Source of the DNA: an uncultured Thiomicrospira sp.
GTDB taxonomy: Bacteria; Pseudomonadota; Gammaproteobacteria; CAKMZV01
NCBI GenBank assembly: GCA_965195345.1
Contig: OZ239628.1
Span: forward strand, 1,728,001 to 1,792,000
Direction of reading: 5' to 3'
DNA length: 64,000 nt
Position 1 is the first letter of the stretch, and each line of letters begins with the position of its first letter. Under the pieces are notes generated by a model that was not told the DNA's origin, did not search any database, and saw only the letters and a list, made by a program, of their open reading frames with translations. This document shows, piece after piece, positions 1-10,688 of this stretch. A program made the position numbers and the translations under genes.

Positions 1-48
1 TAGGTTTAAAACCAGCGCTTAGCAAAAGCCAAATAAAGGATATAGCTT

Positions 49-216
49 ATGAAACCACACATATTTATTAGTCATTGTCATAAAGACAATAAAAAGTATC
101 TGAATGGACTTGCAGAAACATCAAAACAGTTTAATTCTGCTAGATCTCTGCCAGATATATCGATTTGGTGGGATGGAAAAATTTCCGCTGGACAAAAATT
201 TAACTTCAGAAAATAA
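49..216 (+). pseudogene. Truncated TIR-domain protein (N-terminal 55 aa only)
   Basis: Hand translation from ATG 49 (AAAGGA RBS at 35-40): MKPHIFISHCHKDNKKYLNGLAETSKQFNSARSLPDISIWWDGKISAGQKFNFRK*. IFISHxHKD and WWDxxIxAG match the TIR betaA and betaB/BB-loop motifs. It stops before the catalytic Glu region. Confidence 0.7.
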
Positions 217-265
217 ACCATCGATGTTTTATTTGATTTAAAAAGTCAAGTCAATAAGGATTCCT

Positions 266-2701
266 ATGAGTATTAAATTATCGGATATGATTGAAGGGAT
301 TGACCCATCAAATACTGTGTTGTTCTTCGGCGCGGGCTCATCAATTCCTTCTGGTGCGCCTAGCGTTACTAAGATTAGTGAGAGCATTTCACAGAAATTC
401 AATATAGATTCTACAGGATACGACTTAGCTGAATTAACAAGCCTCGTAGAACAAAAGAAATCAAGAGGCGAATTAATCAATTGCCTGCGAGACATGTTTA
501 ATAGAATAAGAGTTACTGGCGCTCTGCTTAATTTGCCCCTGTACAATTGGAAGAACATATACACGACAAACTATGACAAGCTCATTGAGCAGTCATATCA
601 GAAAAAAGAAAAACCAATATCTGTAATAACTTCAAACTATGACTTTAGAGAGCAAAAATATCCAGAAGCAACGAAGCTATATAAGTTACATGGCTGTATC
701 GATAAAGACAAATCCGATGGAAATCACAGCAGAATAATAATTTCTGAATCAGATCACGACAATACATCTGAATATCGTGAAGCATTGTGGGACGCATTTA
801 AATTTGATCTAAATGGTGGGAGCGTTGTTATTATTGGTTATTCGCTTGCAGATATCCACATTAAAAATCTGATTGATCGTGCTATTTCAATCAAGAACAA
901 GTCATCAGACACTCCAGCATCCATAAACTTAGTCTTATTCGAAAAAGACGAGACGCGCGCATCTTTACTTGAAAGAAGAGGCATTAAGGTAGCATTTGGC
1001 AGTGTCGATAATTTTTTTGTTGAATTGCAAAGAAAGAATACTCCTAACCCAATAGTTCATAAGTCGACAGGTGACCCTCTTGATAATCAATATGAATTGC
1101 AACCCATTACCTTGAAGGTTGCAGATGAGCTTCGTAATATTGAAAAAAACGTAAGCGCAATGTTTCAAGGCTGGCCTGCGACCTATTCCGATATCAAAGC
1201 GAACCTGACCTTCGAAAGAAGTATAGCGAGAAAAATAGACTCGTATTTTAATTCAGACAACTCTTTATGCGCTTGTTTGCTCGGGGCTAGCGGCATGGGC
1301 AAGAGCACTACTGCACGTAAAGTAATGCTAAGACTTAAAGCCTCAGGGCTTCATTGCTGGGAGCATAAAGGCAACCACAAGTTGCTTTATCGTGAATGGC
1401 GATCCGTAGCCGTTGAGTTAAAGACAAGAGAGGAACGAGGGATTATTTTTATTGATGATGCACACAGTCATTTGCATGAAATAAATAATTTGGTTGATCT
1501 TTTGTCAGCAGATGATAATTACTACTTAAAGATTATTCTCACATCAACCAGAAACCATTGGGGTCCTCGAGTTAAAACTGCTAATTTATTCACGAAAGGG
1601 AAGGAATTTTTATTAAAGAAATTAGATCAAGTTGAAATTGAAGAGCTACTATCTTTAGTGGAATCTCATTCAGACCTACAACCCCTGATTGAAAAAAGTT
1701 TCTCTGGTTTTTCCAGATCAGAACGAAAAAAACGGCTTGTTGCAAAGTGTGAATCGGATACGTTTGTATGTTTAAAAAATATTTTTGCCTCTGAACAATT
1801 TGATGATATTGTGTTACGTGAATTCGCTGAGCTAGATAATGATCTTCAGGAAATATATAGAATCGTTTCAGCTCTGGAAACCGCAGGGGTAAATGTTCAC
1901 AGACAGCTAGTCGTCCGACTTCTTGGGCTCTCCCCAGATACTCTGTCTGCTTCTCTAATTAATTTAATTGATATCATTCACGAGTATTCGATAAGCGAGC
2001 GTGAAGGAATTTATGGATGGAAAGGACGCCACTCCGTCATTGCCGAGATTGTCACTAAATATAAAATGGTTGATGAAGAAGAATACTACAAATTATTTGA
2101 GACTGTTATTGATAACATAGTCCCAACGTATGATATTGAAATCAGAACAATAAAGCAGCTCTGTGCATTTGATGCTGGAATTAGTCGATTTCCAGACAAG
2201 TATGCACGTAATAAATTACTTAGAAAAATGATCTCAAAAGTACCTGGAGAACGAGTTCCCAGACATAGATTAATTCGTTACTTGATCGATCTTAACCAGT
2301 TAGAGAAAGCCGAAACTGAAATAAGGATATTCGAAAATGATTTTAAATCTGAAGGACCTTTAGAGCGCTACAAAATACTTCTTTTGTTGGCTCGGGCTGA
2401 AAAAAAGACTGGGATTCTATCTGATGATCGAATGGCTATTTTGCAGATGGCTAAAGAAAAAGCTGTCATAGCTGTAGGTCGATATAAAAATAATAAAAAT
2501 ATACTGAGGATCTATGGTGATGTTGGTCTAGAAATATACAAGCAATCACAAAACTCCACAGTTTTCGAAGACTCCATGGAACATTTGAAAGAAGCTGAAA
2601 CCCGGTTGGTTGACCCAGATGTTACGATTTCGATTATGTCGTTAGAAAGACAGTTTTCGAAGCTTCAGTCTGAATTTACGGAAGTCACAGATGCGCTTTA
2701 A
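266..2701 (+). CDS. SIR2-like domain + STAND P-loop NTPase + helical/TPR-like C-terminus; Avs/NLR-like antiphage protein
   Basis: SIR2_2 motifs VLFFGAGSS, IYTTNYD, LYKLHG, IIGYS; Walker A GASGMGKS; Walker B IIFIDD; helical C-terminal third. Confidence 0.85.
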   Translation: MSIKLSDMIEGIDPSNTVLFFGAGSSIPSGAPSVTKISESISQKFNIDSTGYDLAELTSLVEQKKSRGELINCLRDMFNRIRVTGALLNLPLYNWKNIYTTNYDKLIEQSYQKKEKPISVITSNYDFREQKYPEATKLYKLHGCIDKDKSDGNHSRIIISESDHDNTSEYREALWDAFKFDLNGGSVVIIGYSLADIHIKNLIDRAISIKNKSSDTPASINLVLFEKDETRASLLERRGIKVAFGSVDNFFVELQRKNTPNPIVHKSTGDPLDNQYELQPITLKVADELRNIEKNVSAMFQGWPATYSDIKANLTFERSIARKIDSYFNSDNSLCACLLGASGMGKSTTARKVMLRLKASGLHCWEHKGNHKLLYREWRSVAVELKTREERGIIFIDDAHSHLHEINNLVDLLSADDNYYLKIILTSTRNHWGPRVKTANLFTKGKEFLLKKLDQVEIEELLSLVESHSDLQPLIEKSFSGFSRSERKKRLVAKCESDTFVCLKNIFASEQFDDIVLREFAELDNDLQEIYRIVSALETAGVNVHRQLVVRLLGLSPDTLSASLINLIDIIHEYSISEREGIYGWKGRHSVIAEIVTKYKMVDEEEYYKLFETVIDNIVPTYDIEIRTIKQLCAFDAGISRFPDKYARNKLLRKMISKVPGERVPRHRLIRYLIDLNQLEKAETEIRIFENDFKSEGPLERYKILLLLARAEKKTGILSDDRMAILQMAKEKAVIAVGRYKNNKNILRIYGDVGLEIYKQSQNSTVFEDSMEHLKEAETRLVDPDVTISIMSLERQFSKLQSEFTEVTDAL

Positions 2702-2742
2702 CAAAAGCATGTTGTCGGAGGAGTAGTTTTCTACTACGCCTC
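2699..2742 (+). repeat. Degenerate attC-like left arm / hairpin overlapping the SIR2-STAND stop codon
   Basis: TAACAAAAGCATGTTGTCGGA starts at the stop codon (a cassette-typical TAAC) and is followed by the imperfect hairpin GAGGAGTAG-TTTT-CTACTACGCCTC. No right-hand GTTRRRY box is seen. Confidence 0.35.
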
Positions 2743-3076
2743 ATTTAAAAAAATGAAATACCTTTATCTCGAAATGCAATTATATTTAACAGAATTTGGA
2801 AGATGATTTGAGAGCGGACAATCATATACATTTTTAAGTAATACTAAGATTAATATACTGACCTTCCCAGTTTTCTAAGCGCTCTTTTTGAAATAGTTTC
2901 TTCTTTGTTCTTAGTCCTCCCCACTTTACACCTGCGGGGGTATTGTGCGCCCAATGAGGATTGGGATATGATGGCACATGTCACTTTTGGAAAAAGTATA
3001 ATTCACGCCGTGCCGTGCATCGTCCCTTCGCGAAGCACTTCAATTTTAAGTGGCCAATGATTGTGGTGCCAAACAA

Positions 3077-3391
3077 TTAGGGCGTTCTCAAATACCGATA
3101 CATTGTAGGCTTAGTAATGCCAAACTGCTCACAAATACTAATGATTGAAACTTGCTTGCTGTCATAAAGAATTCGCATCTGCTCTATTTGCTTTTTAGTT
3201 AGTTTAATTTTTCTACCACCCTGCCTTCCTCTTGCTCGAGCAGCTTCGAGCCCTGCTTTAGTACGTTCTTTAATAAGTGTTCGCTCAAACTCAGCAAGTG
3301 CTGCAAATATATGGAATACTAACTGACCACTAAGCGTAGAAGTTTCAATATTCTCTGTTAAAGAATGAAAGGCAACTCCATTTACTTTGAA
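3077..3391 (-). pseudogene. Serine recombinase (Hin/Pin/resolvase family), C-terminal half only
   Basis: Hand translation: ..GVAFHSLTENIETSTLSGQLVFHIFAALAEFERTLIKERTKAGLEAARARGRQGGRK..FGITKPTMYRYL*. In-frame stop at 3392-3394, catalytic GYARVS N-terminus absent, orphan AGGAG RBS at 3412-3416. Confidence 0.9.
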
Positions 3392-3615
3392 TTAGTAACA
3401 GTATGAAATAACTCCTATGATGAGCAAAGTGGCAGAATTGATTAATGTCAGTTTCTGCGGTAAGAAAAACAACCGTTGATTAATACAACAATACAAGCAC
3501 ACAAAAATCATGCTTTTAAAAATCATAATCTACTTTCATGGCAATAACCAATGATATGTAAAGAGAACTTTTACATTAACTGGTAAATATCATTGCGCAA
3601 AGCTACAATACAAGC

Positions 3616-4407
3616 ATGCTCAATGCTTTGTATATAGCCTGTATTTTCAGCTTCGCCTCACTTATTGTTTTATTTCTTACTACAGCAAAAAAAACAAGAC
3701 AGTTGCGAGCAAGCAGTGTGCATTGGTTCTTGATTGCTTTTGCGACATTTTTTCAGGCAACATTATTAACATTACTGATTGTTCAAGAGACGCAAATCCT
3801 TCTCGGATTTTCAAACGCAACGATGTTAGTGTCATTTTGCATCTGGTGCATGACACTGCTTTTAATGCGCTTAAGCAATACTGCTTACTCGTTGCTTCTA
3901 TTGTCTTTTTTAAATATTTTCGTCTATTTATTCGCTTGGCTTTCACCCGATTTGAACGCTGTAGTCATCCGTGGGGAAACCGCCTTTCATGTTGTTCTTT
4001 CAATTCTTTCATACAGTATAGTAGGACTAACTGGGTTGCAAAGTATTATTCTATTAGCAACAGAAAATATGCTCCATGAGAAAAGAGGACTAAAGCTCCT
4101 TTCACTACTCCCTTCGCTTAATGAATTAGAAAATGCGTTGTATTTTTTACTTTGGATGAGTTTCATCAGCTTAAGTATTGCCCTATTTAGCGGGTTCTTA
4201 GTGCTTGATGATATGTTCGAACAACGCGTAGTACACAAAACTTTTCTTTCGCTACTGTGCTGGGGAATGATCGCTGTACTACTGGTTTTGAAATTGACTT
4301 GTGGCTGGCGTGGCAAACAACTAAGTATTGGCATTATGCTATCGACTTTAATACTTTTTTTAGGATTTTCGGGTTCTAAATTCATTATTGAAAGGCTATT
4401 ATCCTAA
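3616..4407 (+). CDS. Cytochrome c assembly family (CcsA/YpjD-like) inner membrane protein
   Basis: About 8 TM segments; motifs LPSLNELE, HKTFLSLLCW, GWRGK. Confidence 0.8.
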   Translation: MLNALYIACIFSFASLIVLFLTTAKKTRQLRASSVHWFLIAFATFFQATLLTLLIVQETQILLGFSNATMLVSFCIWCMTLLLMRLSNTAYSLLLLSFLNIFVYLFAWLSPDLNAVVIRGETAFHVVLSILSYSIVGLTGLQSIILLATENMLHEKRGLKLLSLLPSLNELENALYFLLWMSFISLSIALFSGFLVLDDMFEQRVVHKTFLSLLCWGMIAVLLVLKLTCGWRGKQLSIGIMLSTLILFLGFSGSKFIIERLLS

Positions 4408-4712
4408 TGAAATCAGCTCAGTTTAAAGGCGTATTTGACTCTTCTTCAACGCTTTCACGTCTCTACAGCCGAGCGGCCTACCAAAATCGCATCCTGAAAA
4501 TTTTGCACAAACATCTTCCTTTTCCCAAACAAGCTATTAGCGCCTGTTTTCTTTCAAAAGAGGTTTTAACCATCTATTGCCCCGACGGCACTTGGATGAC
4601 ACGTCTACGATTGCGCACCGACCAAATCCTGCGTACACTGCATGAAGAGGCGAACGATGAAATTCCTCACAATGTGAATGAAGTTATTGTTGAAATAAAA
4701 TACCCTTCTTGA
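4407..4712 (+). CDS. DciA/DUF721 family protein
   Basis: About 100 aa with the LTIYCPDGTWMTRLRL pattern; close to secA. Confidence 0.65.
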   Translation: MKSAQFKGVFDSSSTLSRLYSRAAYQNRILKILHKHLPFPKQAISACFLSKEVLTIYCPDGTWMTRLRLRTDQILRTLHEEANDEIPHNVNEVIVEIKYPS

Positions 4713-6157
4713 ATTTTCGATTGATCAATCTAAGTCATTTCAGTATTCGTGAGCGTCGTATGCTCATTGGGACGTTATTTGCTGCGTTCTTCCTCCATGT
4801 GTCTTTGTCATTCATTCAACCTTTAAGTGCCGATGAAGCACACTATGCACTTTACGCTTTACACCTTGACTGGAGCTACCTCGATCATCCACCTTTAGTA
4901 GGTTGGCTGCAAGCACTCATCCTACCATTTGACAGCAATGACTGGGCGCTACGATTTATTCCTAACATCCTCCATTTAATGACAAGTATCGGGCTAATTG
5001 CATTGTGCAATGCGCTTTATGGGGAAAAAGCAATGATCGCCTTAGGCAGTGTTATTTTGTATCAATTGAGTGTTATTTTTCAAATACTGGGATTGGGTAT
5101 GACGCCAGAAACCCCACTACTGGCATTAGGTGTTTGGAGTTGTGTATTTGCTCTATATACTTGTCGCCACGCAACACTGAAGAACTGGATAATACTTGGT
5201 GTTCTCTTAGGCTTCATGGGATTATCGAAATACACTGCACTCATGTTTGCTATTGGTTTAGGAATATACTTCATTTCTCAAAAAATGATTTGGTGGCGTG
5301 ATTATCGTTTTTTCATAGCAATGACAATAGCAGTGCTTATGATCATGCCCGTTTTATATTGGAATTTCAATAACGAATTTATTTCATTTAATTATCAATG
5401 GGGACACGGAAATATTAATGCCAAAGGTTTTCATCTTAATAGTTTTTTAAATGCCCAAGCGTTCCAAGCTCTGCTATACACACCTGTACTATTCATCGCA
5501 TGCTGGGTTTTTTCTATACAGGGATTATGGAAAAAAGATAAACTTTTTTTAGCTTGCATTAATTTACCAACACTATTGCTATTCGCGTGGTCATCAACCA
5601 AAGGAGGGCATTATTTGCCACACTGGACTGCTTTACCTTTATTAATTAGCATTCCTTTTGTATCTAAATGGATAAGTGAAAGTTGGCAAAATAATAAGCG
5701 ATTCATTGCATGGTCCCACTTGATTGTCAGTGGTAGTCTATTAATAATTTTTGTTCTCTTAATTACGGGCTGGCTACCAAAATCAATCAATCAAGTAGCC
5801 TTAAAAGATTTGCGTGGTTGGAAAGAAATAGCCTTAGTGGCTAAAAAATTGGTAATTAAATTACCAACAAATCAGCAAAATATTTATATAGATAATCGAT
5901 GGAATGCCAGTCGCATTGCTTGGTATGCTAGACCAATTCCGTTGGTACTCTTGGATAAGCGCCCTTCTCAATATCAACTATGGGCAGAACCTTTCGCCAA
6001 TACAGAAGGTGGGATTGTTGTTACGAATGACGACTCGTCAACAAGTGATATTGCTCGTATTTACAGCCATTTTGACAAGTGCGTTCTGGTAGAAACGCGC
6101 TCTTTCGACTCACAAGAAGGTATCAGTCGTTTTCAATTACACTATTGCCAAAAATAG
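4709..6157 (+). CDS. GT39/ArnT-like membrane glycosyltransferase
   Basis: DEAHY..LDWSYLDHPPLVGW, TPETPL and LSKYTA motifs; multiple TM segments. Confidence 0.85.
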   Translation: MNFRLINLSHFSIRERRMLIGTLFAAFFLHVSLSFIQPLSADEAHYALYALHLDWSYLDHPPLVGWLQALILPFDSNDWALRFIPNILHLMTSIGLIALCNALYGEKAMIALGSVILYQLSVIFQILGLGMTPETPLLALGVWSCVFALYTCRHATLKNWIILGVLLGFMGLSKYTALMFAIGLGIYFISQKMIWWRDYRFFIAMTIAVLMIMPVLYWNFNNEFISFNYQWGHGNINAKGFHLNSFLNAQAFQALLYTPVLFIACWVFSIQGLWKKDKLFLACINLPTLLLFAWSSTKGGHYLPHWTALPLLISIPFVSKWISESWQNNKRFIAWSHLIVSGSLLIIFVLLITGWLPKSINQVALKDLRGWKEIALVAKKLVIKLPTNQQNIYIDNRWNASRIAWYARPIPLVLLDKRPSQYQLWAEPFANTEGGIVVTNDDSSTSDIARIYSHFDKCVLVETRSFDSQEGISRFQLHYCQK

Positions 6158-6203
6158 TAATTTAGTTGACACAATCCACTAATTCAAATGCAGACGCTTC
6201 AAG

Positions 6204-8981
6204 TCAGATTTTACCGTGACAATGTTTGTATTTTTTACCTGATCCACAAGGGCAAGGCTCGTTGCGACCAATCTTTTTCTCATCACGTTTAATAGGTTCT
6301 GGTGATGGATTAGATTGTTGATTATTTTGATAATCTTGCTTTGATGCTGGCTGAGGACGACGCATGGTTTCAGGAAGGTCCTTTTGAAGACTGCCCAACG
6401 CTGATGCATCATTTTGGCGCCGTTGTTCATCCATTGCTTCCACATCGCCTTCATCGCGTAATTGAACAAAACACAGAACTTTTGTTACGTCATGTCGAAA
6501 ATTATCAAGTAATTCCTCAAACATTTCAAAAGCTTCTTTTTTGTATTCTTGTACGGGATTGCGTTGTGCGTATCCACGTAGATGAATCCCTTGACGCAAA
6601 TAATCAAGTCCTCCAAGATGCTCTTTCCATAAGTTGTCAAGCACTTGCAATAACACCGCCTTTTCGAAGTGTCTAATAACTTCAGCACCAACTAATTGCT
6701 CTTTCTCTTGATGCGCAGTATCGATATTTTCTAATATGCGCTCTCTTAAGCCTTCTTCAGCAAGCAGGTCATCTTCATCCAACCATTGTTGCAAAGGTAA
6801 TTTAACGTTGTATTCTTCTCGCAAAATCTCTTCCAGAGCTGGAATATCCCATAAATCAGCTATACTTTTTGGAGGAATATAATCAGCAATGGTCGCCTCA
6901 ACATCCTCATTGCGCAGATTAACAACGTAATCCTTCCAATCATCCTGAGACATTATGTCATTGCGTTGTTGATAAATCACTTTTCGTTGTTCATTAACCA
7001 CATTATCGTATTCCAATAATTGTTTCCGAACTTCAAAATTGCGCCCTTCCACTTTCTTCTGAGCATTAGCAATCGCCTTATTAACCCAGTTATGCTCAAT
7101 AGATTCTCCATCTTTGAGCCCAAGCTTCTCCATCATGCCTCGCATTCTTTCGGAGGCAAATATGCGCATCAAGTCATCTTCAAGAGATAAATAGAAAATA
7201 CTACTTCCTGGGTCTCCCTGTCTGCCAGAGCGCCCTCGCAGCTGATTATCAACCCGTCTTGATTCATGCCTCTCTGTTCCAATAACATGCAACCCACCCA
7301 AAGAGATGACTTCTTGCTGGTTAGTTTTTGCTTGCTCGCGCAACCCGCTAATTTTTTCTATCTCATCAATGTCAATTTGCTCAATTTCAAAATCAACATT
7401 ACCGCCCAATACAATATCTGTGCCCCTACCCGCCATATTTGTCGCAATAGTTACTGACCCCTTCCGTCCAGCTTGCGCTATGATTGATGCTTCTCTTTCG
7501 TGATTTTTAGCATTTAATACTTCGTGTTGAATTTTTGCCCTATCGAGCGCAGCAGAAAGTTTTTCTGAACTGTCTATTGACGCTGTCCCTATAAGTACAG
7601 GCTGTCCTGAAGTATTAATCTCACCCACATGCTTAGCAAGTGCAAGAAATTTTTCCTCTTCATTTAGATAAATTAAATCACTGTGATCTGCTCGTTTGAT
7701 TGGCTGATTTGATGGTATTACTACAACAGGTAAGTTGTAAATTTGCTGAAATTCCACGGACTCTGTATCAGCCGTTCCAGTCATTCCTGCGAGCTTGCCA
7801 TATAGTCGAAAATAATTCTGAAAAGTAATGGAGGCGAGCGTTTGATTTTCATTTTGTACTGGGACATTCTCTTTCGCTTCGATTGCTTGATGTAGACCAT
7901 CTGACCAACGTCGCCCTTGCATTTTACGCCCAGTAAATTCATCAATAATAACGACTTCCTTAACCCCTTCCTCATTGGTTTCAATGATGTAATCTTTGTC
8001 TCTTTCGTACAAAGCATGCGCTCTTATAGCCGCATTGATGTTTTGCATAATGTTGATATTACGCGCATCGTATAGATTTTCGCCGTCTTTCAATAATCCT
8101 TTGTTATTCAAATATTTTTCAATTTTTTCATGCCCATCTTCCGTCAAAGTAACTGAACGATTTTTCTCATCAAGTATATAGTCGCCAACTTGGTAATCAT
8201 TACTGGGAACGCCATCCTTATCGACTTCACCAAGCTGTTTTTTCAATAACGAGGGTATGCCGTTTAGTTTTGAATATATTTCAACATTACCTTCTGAAGG
8301 CCCAGAAATAATTAATGGTGTTCGTGCCTCATCAATTAAAATCGAATCCACTTCGTCAACTATAGCAAATGCAAATTTACGTTGCATTCGATCATCAGCT
8401 GAAAAAGCCATGTTGTCTCTTAAATAATCAAACCCAAATTCGTTATTTGTTCCATAAGTAATGTCAGCATTGTATTGTCGGTATTTATTCTTCCACATTT
8501 GTCCACTCAAAATAACCCCAACACTCATACCAAGAAACTTGTACAACGTACCCATCCATTCAGAGTCTCTTTTCGCCAAATAATCATTCACAGTGACTAC
8601 GTGCACCCCCTCTTCTGTCAAAGCATTAAGGTAAACGGCGAGCGTAGCAACGAGCGTCTTGCCCTCACCAGTACCCATTTCGGCAATTTTTCCTTCGTGC
8701 AACACCATACCACCTATCAATTGCACGTCAAAATGACGCATCCCAAGCACGCGTAAGCTTGCTTCTCTACACACTGCAAAAGATTCAGGCAACAAAGCAG
8801 TTAACATTTCACCCTTTTTAAGGCGCTCTTTAAATTCATTGGTTTTAGCAGCCAACTCATTATCACTAAGCGCTTGCATTCCGGATTCAAGCGCATTAAT
8901 TTTCTCAACGGCTTTCTGATACCTCTTAACTTCGCGCGAGTTACTTGTTCCAAACACAGAACTCAAAATTTTATTTAGCAT
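6204..8981 (-). CDS. secA: Preprotein translocase ATPase SecA
   Basis: [28 protein letters not shown]-terminal [19 protein letters not shown]. Confidence 0.99.
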   Translation of the reverse strand: MLNKILSSVFGTSNSREVKRYQKAVEKINALESGMQALSDNELAAKTNEFKERLKKGEMLTALLPESFAVCREASLRVLGMRHFDVQLIGGMVLHEGKIAEMGTGEGKTLVATLAVYLNALTEEGVHVVTVNDYLAKRDSEWMGTLYKFLGMSVGVILSGQMWKNKYRQYNADITYGTNNEFGFDYLRDNMAFSADDRMQRKFAFAIVDEVDSILIDEARTPLIISGPSEGNVEIYSKLNGIPSLLKKQLGEVDKDGVPSNDYQVGDYILDEKNRSVTLTEDGHEKIEKYLNNKGLLKDGENLYDARNINIMQNINAAIRAHALYERDKDYIIETNEEGVKEVVIIDEFTGRKMQGRRWSDGLHQAIEAKENVPVQNENQTLASITFQNYFRLYGKLAGMTGTADTESVEFQQIYNLPVVVIPSNQPIKRADHSDLIYLNEEEKFLALAKHVGEINTSGQPVLIGTASIDSSEKLSAALDRAKIQHEVLNAKNHEREASIIAQAGRKGSVTIATNMAGRGTDIVLGGNVDFEIEQIDIDEIEKISGLREQAKTNQQEVISLGGLHVIGTERHESRRVDNQLRGRSGRQGDPGSSIFYLSLEDDLMRIFASERMRGMMEKLGLKDGESIEHNWVNKAIANAQKKVEGRNFEVRKQLLEYDNVVNEQRKVIYQQRNDIMSQDDWKDYVVNLRNEDVEATIADYIPPKSIADLWDIPALEEILREEYNVKLPLQQWLDEDDLLAEEGLRERILENIDTAHQEKEQLVGAEVIRHFEKAVLLQVLDNLWKEHLGGLDYLRQGIHLRGYAQRNPVQEYKKEAFEMFEELLDNFRHDVTKVLCFVQLRDEGDVEAMDEQRRQNDASALGSLQKDLPETMRRPQPASKQDYQNNQQSNPSPEPIKRDEKKIGRNEPCPCGSGKKYKHCHGKI

Positions 8982-9506
8982 GTTTAAATTAGATTATTTA
9001 TCAGTGCTCGCATTCTCATCCCATTCTCGAAAATGCACGCAGTAACTTAATTTTTGTTGAAACGTTAAAAAATATACAACCCCAGTTGTAATTTTAAACA
9101 AACAATAGCTTGGTGCGTTATTTTAATTCACAGCGGTTATTTTAATTCGTCAATTGTCTTATTACTTCTTAGTAATTTTGATATAAAAACATGAAATTTA
9201 TACTTCCATTTCCAAAAATTGGGCATATTCACGTTAAAAACACGACTGATTGTTAAGAAAACTTCTTTAGAATTGCGCTTCATCACTAATGCGATAAATA
9301 GGAAGCAATATGCTTAGTATATCAATATAATAGATGACTTTTATTAAACTTTCACTTTACTTTATTTTTCCTAATCTTCCACAAACTGAGCACCTTGGAA
9401 AGTCAATCTTTCTTGATAATCCAATTTTTATCCTTTAAAATGATTGGTTAATTCTACGAAGAAAACACGGTTTTTTAAACAAAATTATAAAATGGAGTTC
9501 TACAAA

Positions 9507-10523
9507 ATGAAATTATCAACACTTGTACTTGCTGTAACAGCAAGTTTCATGGCTGCTGGAATAGCATCAGCCAAGTCAACACTGGAGTCTGTTAAGGCCA
9601 AAGGTTTTGTTCAATGCGGCGTTAGCACAGGATTACCTGGGTTTTCAACTGCTGGTGGTGACGGAAAATGGAGTGGCATTGATGCCGAATATTGTCAAGC
9701 GGTTGCAGCTGCGGTGTTTGGAGATCACAATAAAGTACGCTACACCCCTTTAACAGCTAAAGAACGTTTTACAGCGCTTTCGTCTGGAGAGGTGGACATC
9801 CTAAATCGTAATACTACTTGGACAATGCTTCGTGACACTCAGCTTGGTATTACCTTTGCTGGCGTTAACTATTATGACGGTCAAGGCTTCCTCGTTTCTA
9901 AAAAACTTGGCGTTAGTAGCGCAAGTGAAATGAATGGTGCGAGTTTTTGTATCCAAGCTGGTACAACTACAGAGTTGAACCTTGCGGACTTTTTCCGTTC
10001 AAAAGGCATGAAGTTTACAGCGATTACATACGATACTTCAGCACAATCTAAAGATGGTTTTGAGCAAGGACGTTGTAATGCATTGACTTCTGATCAATCG
10101 CAATTGGCAGCTATTCGTTCACAACTTAAAAACCCTGATTCAGCTGTTATCCTACCTGATGTTATCTCTAAAGAGCCTCTAGGACCAGTAGTTCGCCAAG
10201 GTGATGACCAATGGTTCAAAATTGTTCGTTGGACACACTTTGCACTTTTGAATGCTGAAGAATTGGGTGTTACTCAAGACAATGTTACCAGCATGAAATC
10301 TTCAAGCAATCCTGGCGTGCGTCGCTTACTTGGAGTTGAAGGTGATTTTGGAGTCAAGCTAGGTCTATCCAATGACTGGGCACTTAATGTCATTAAATCA
10401 GTAGGTAACTACGGTGAAGTCTTCAGACGTAATGTTGGAGCTGGTTCTATCCTAGGTCTACCTCGCGGCATTAATAACTTATGGAATAACGGTGGTGTTC
10501 AGTACGCGCCACCAGTTCGTTAG
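9507..10523 (+). CDS. aapJ: General L-amino acid ABC transporter substrate-binding protein (AapJ/BztA)
   Basis: Signal peptide MKLSTLVLAV..; RFTALSSGEVD and ISKEPLGP motifs. Start moved to ATG 9507 after GGAG. Confidence 0.92.
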   Translation: MKLSTLVLAVTASFMAAGIASAKSTLESVKAKGFVQCGVSTGLPGFSTAGGDGKWSGIDAEYCQAVAAAVFGDHNKVRYTPLTAKERFTALSSGEVDILNRNTTWTMLRDTQLGITFAGVNYYDGQGFLVSKKLGVSSASEMNGASFCIQAGTTTELNLADFFRSKGMKFTAITYDTSAQSKDGFEQGRCNALTSDQSQLAAIRSQLKNPDSAVILPDVISKEPLGPVVRQGDDQWFKIVRWTHFALLNAEELGVTQDNVTSMKSSSNPGVRRLLGVEGDFGVKLGLSNDWALNVIKSVGNYGEVFRRNVGAGSILGLPRGINNLWNNGGVQYAPPVR

Positions 10524-10537
10524 TTTTTAGAACGAAG

Positions 10538-10569
10538 AAAGGATCCATCATGTTTTTGATGGATCCTTT
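10538..10569 (+). terminator. Stem-loop after aapJ (intrinsic terminator / mRNA stabiliser)
   Basis: Perfect 13-bp inverted repeat AAAGGATCCATCA-TGTTTT-TGATGGATCCTTT followed by T. Confidence 0.8.
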
Positions 10570-10688
10570 TGTATTTAAGTATATATTTCCATTAACCACA
10601 TGATGATCATTAATTTTTTAGACATAAAATAGTTAGAAAATAAAATTTAAAAAATGAACACTAAATCATCTATCCTAATAAGTACAGC

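Noticed and set aside
6179-8756. Short ORFs overlapping secA, and similar ones inside other core genes
   Set aside because: They are alternative-frame or antisense ORFs inside well-supported genes, with no independent evidence.
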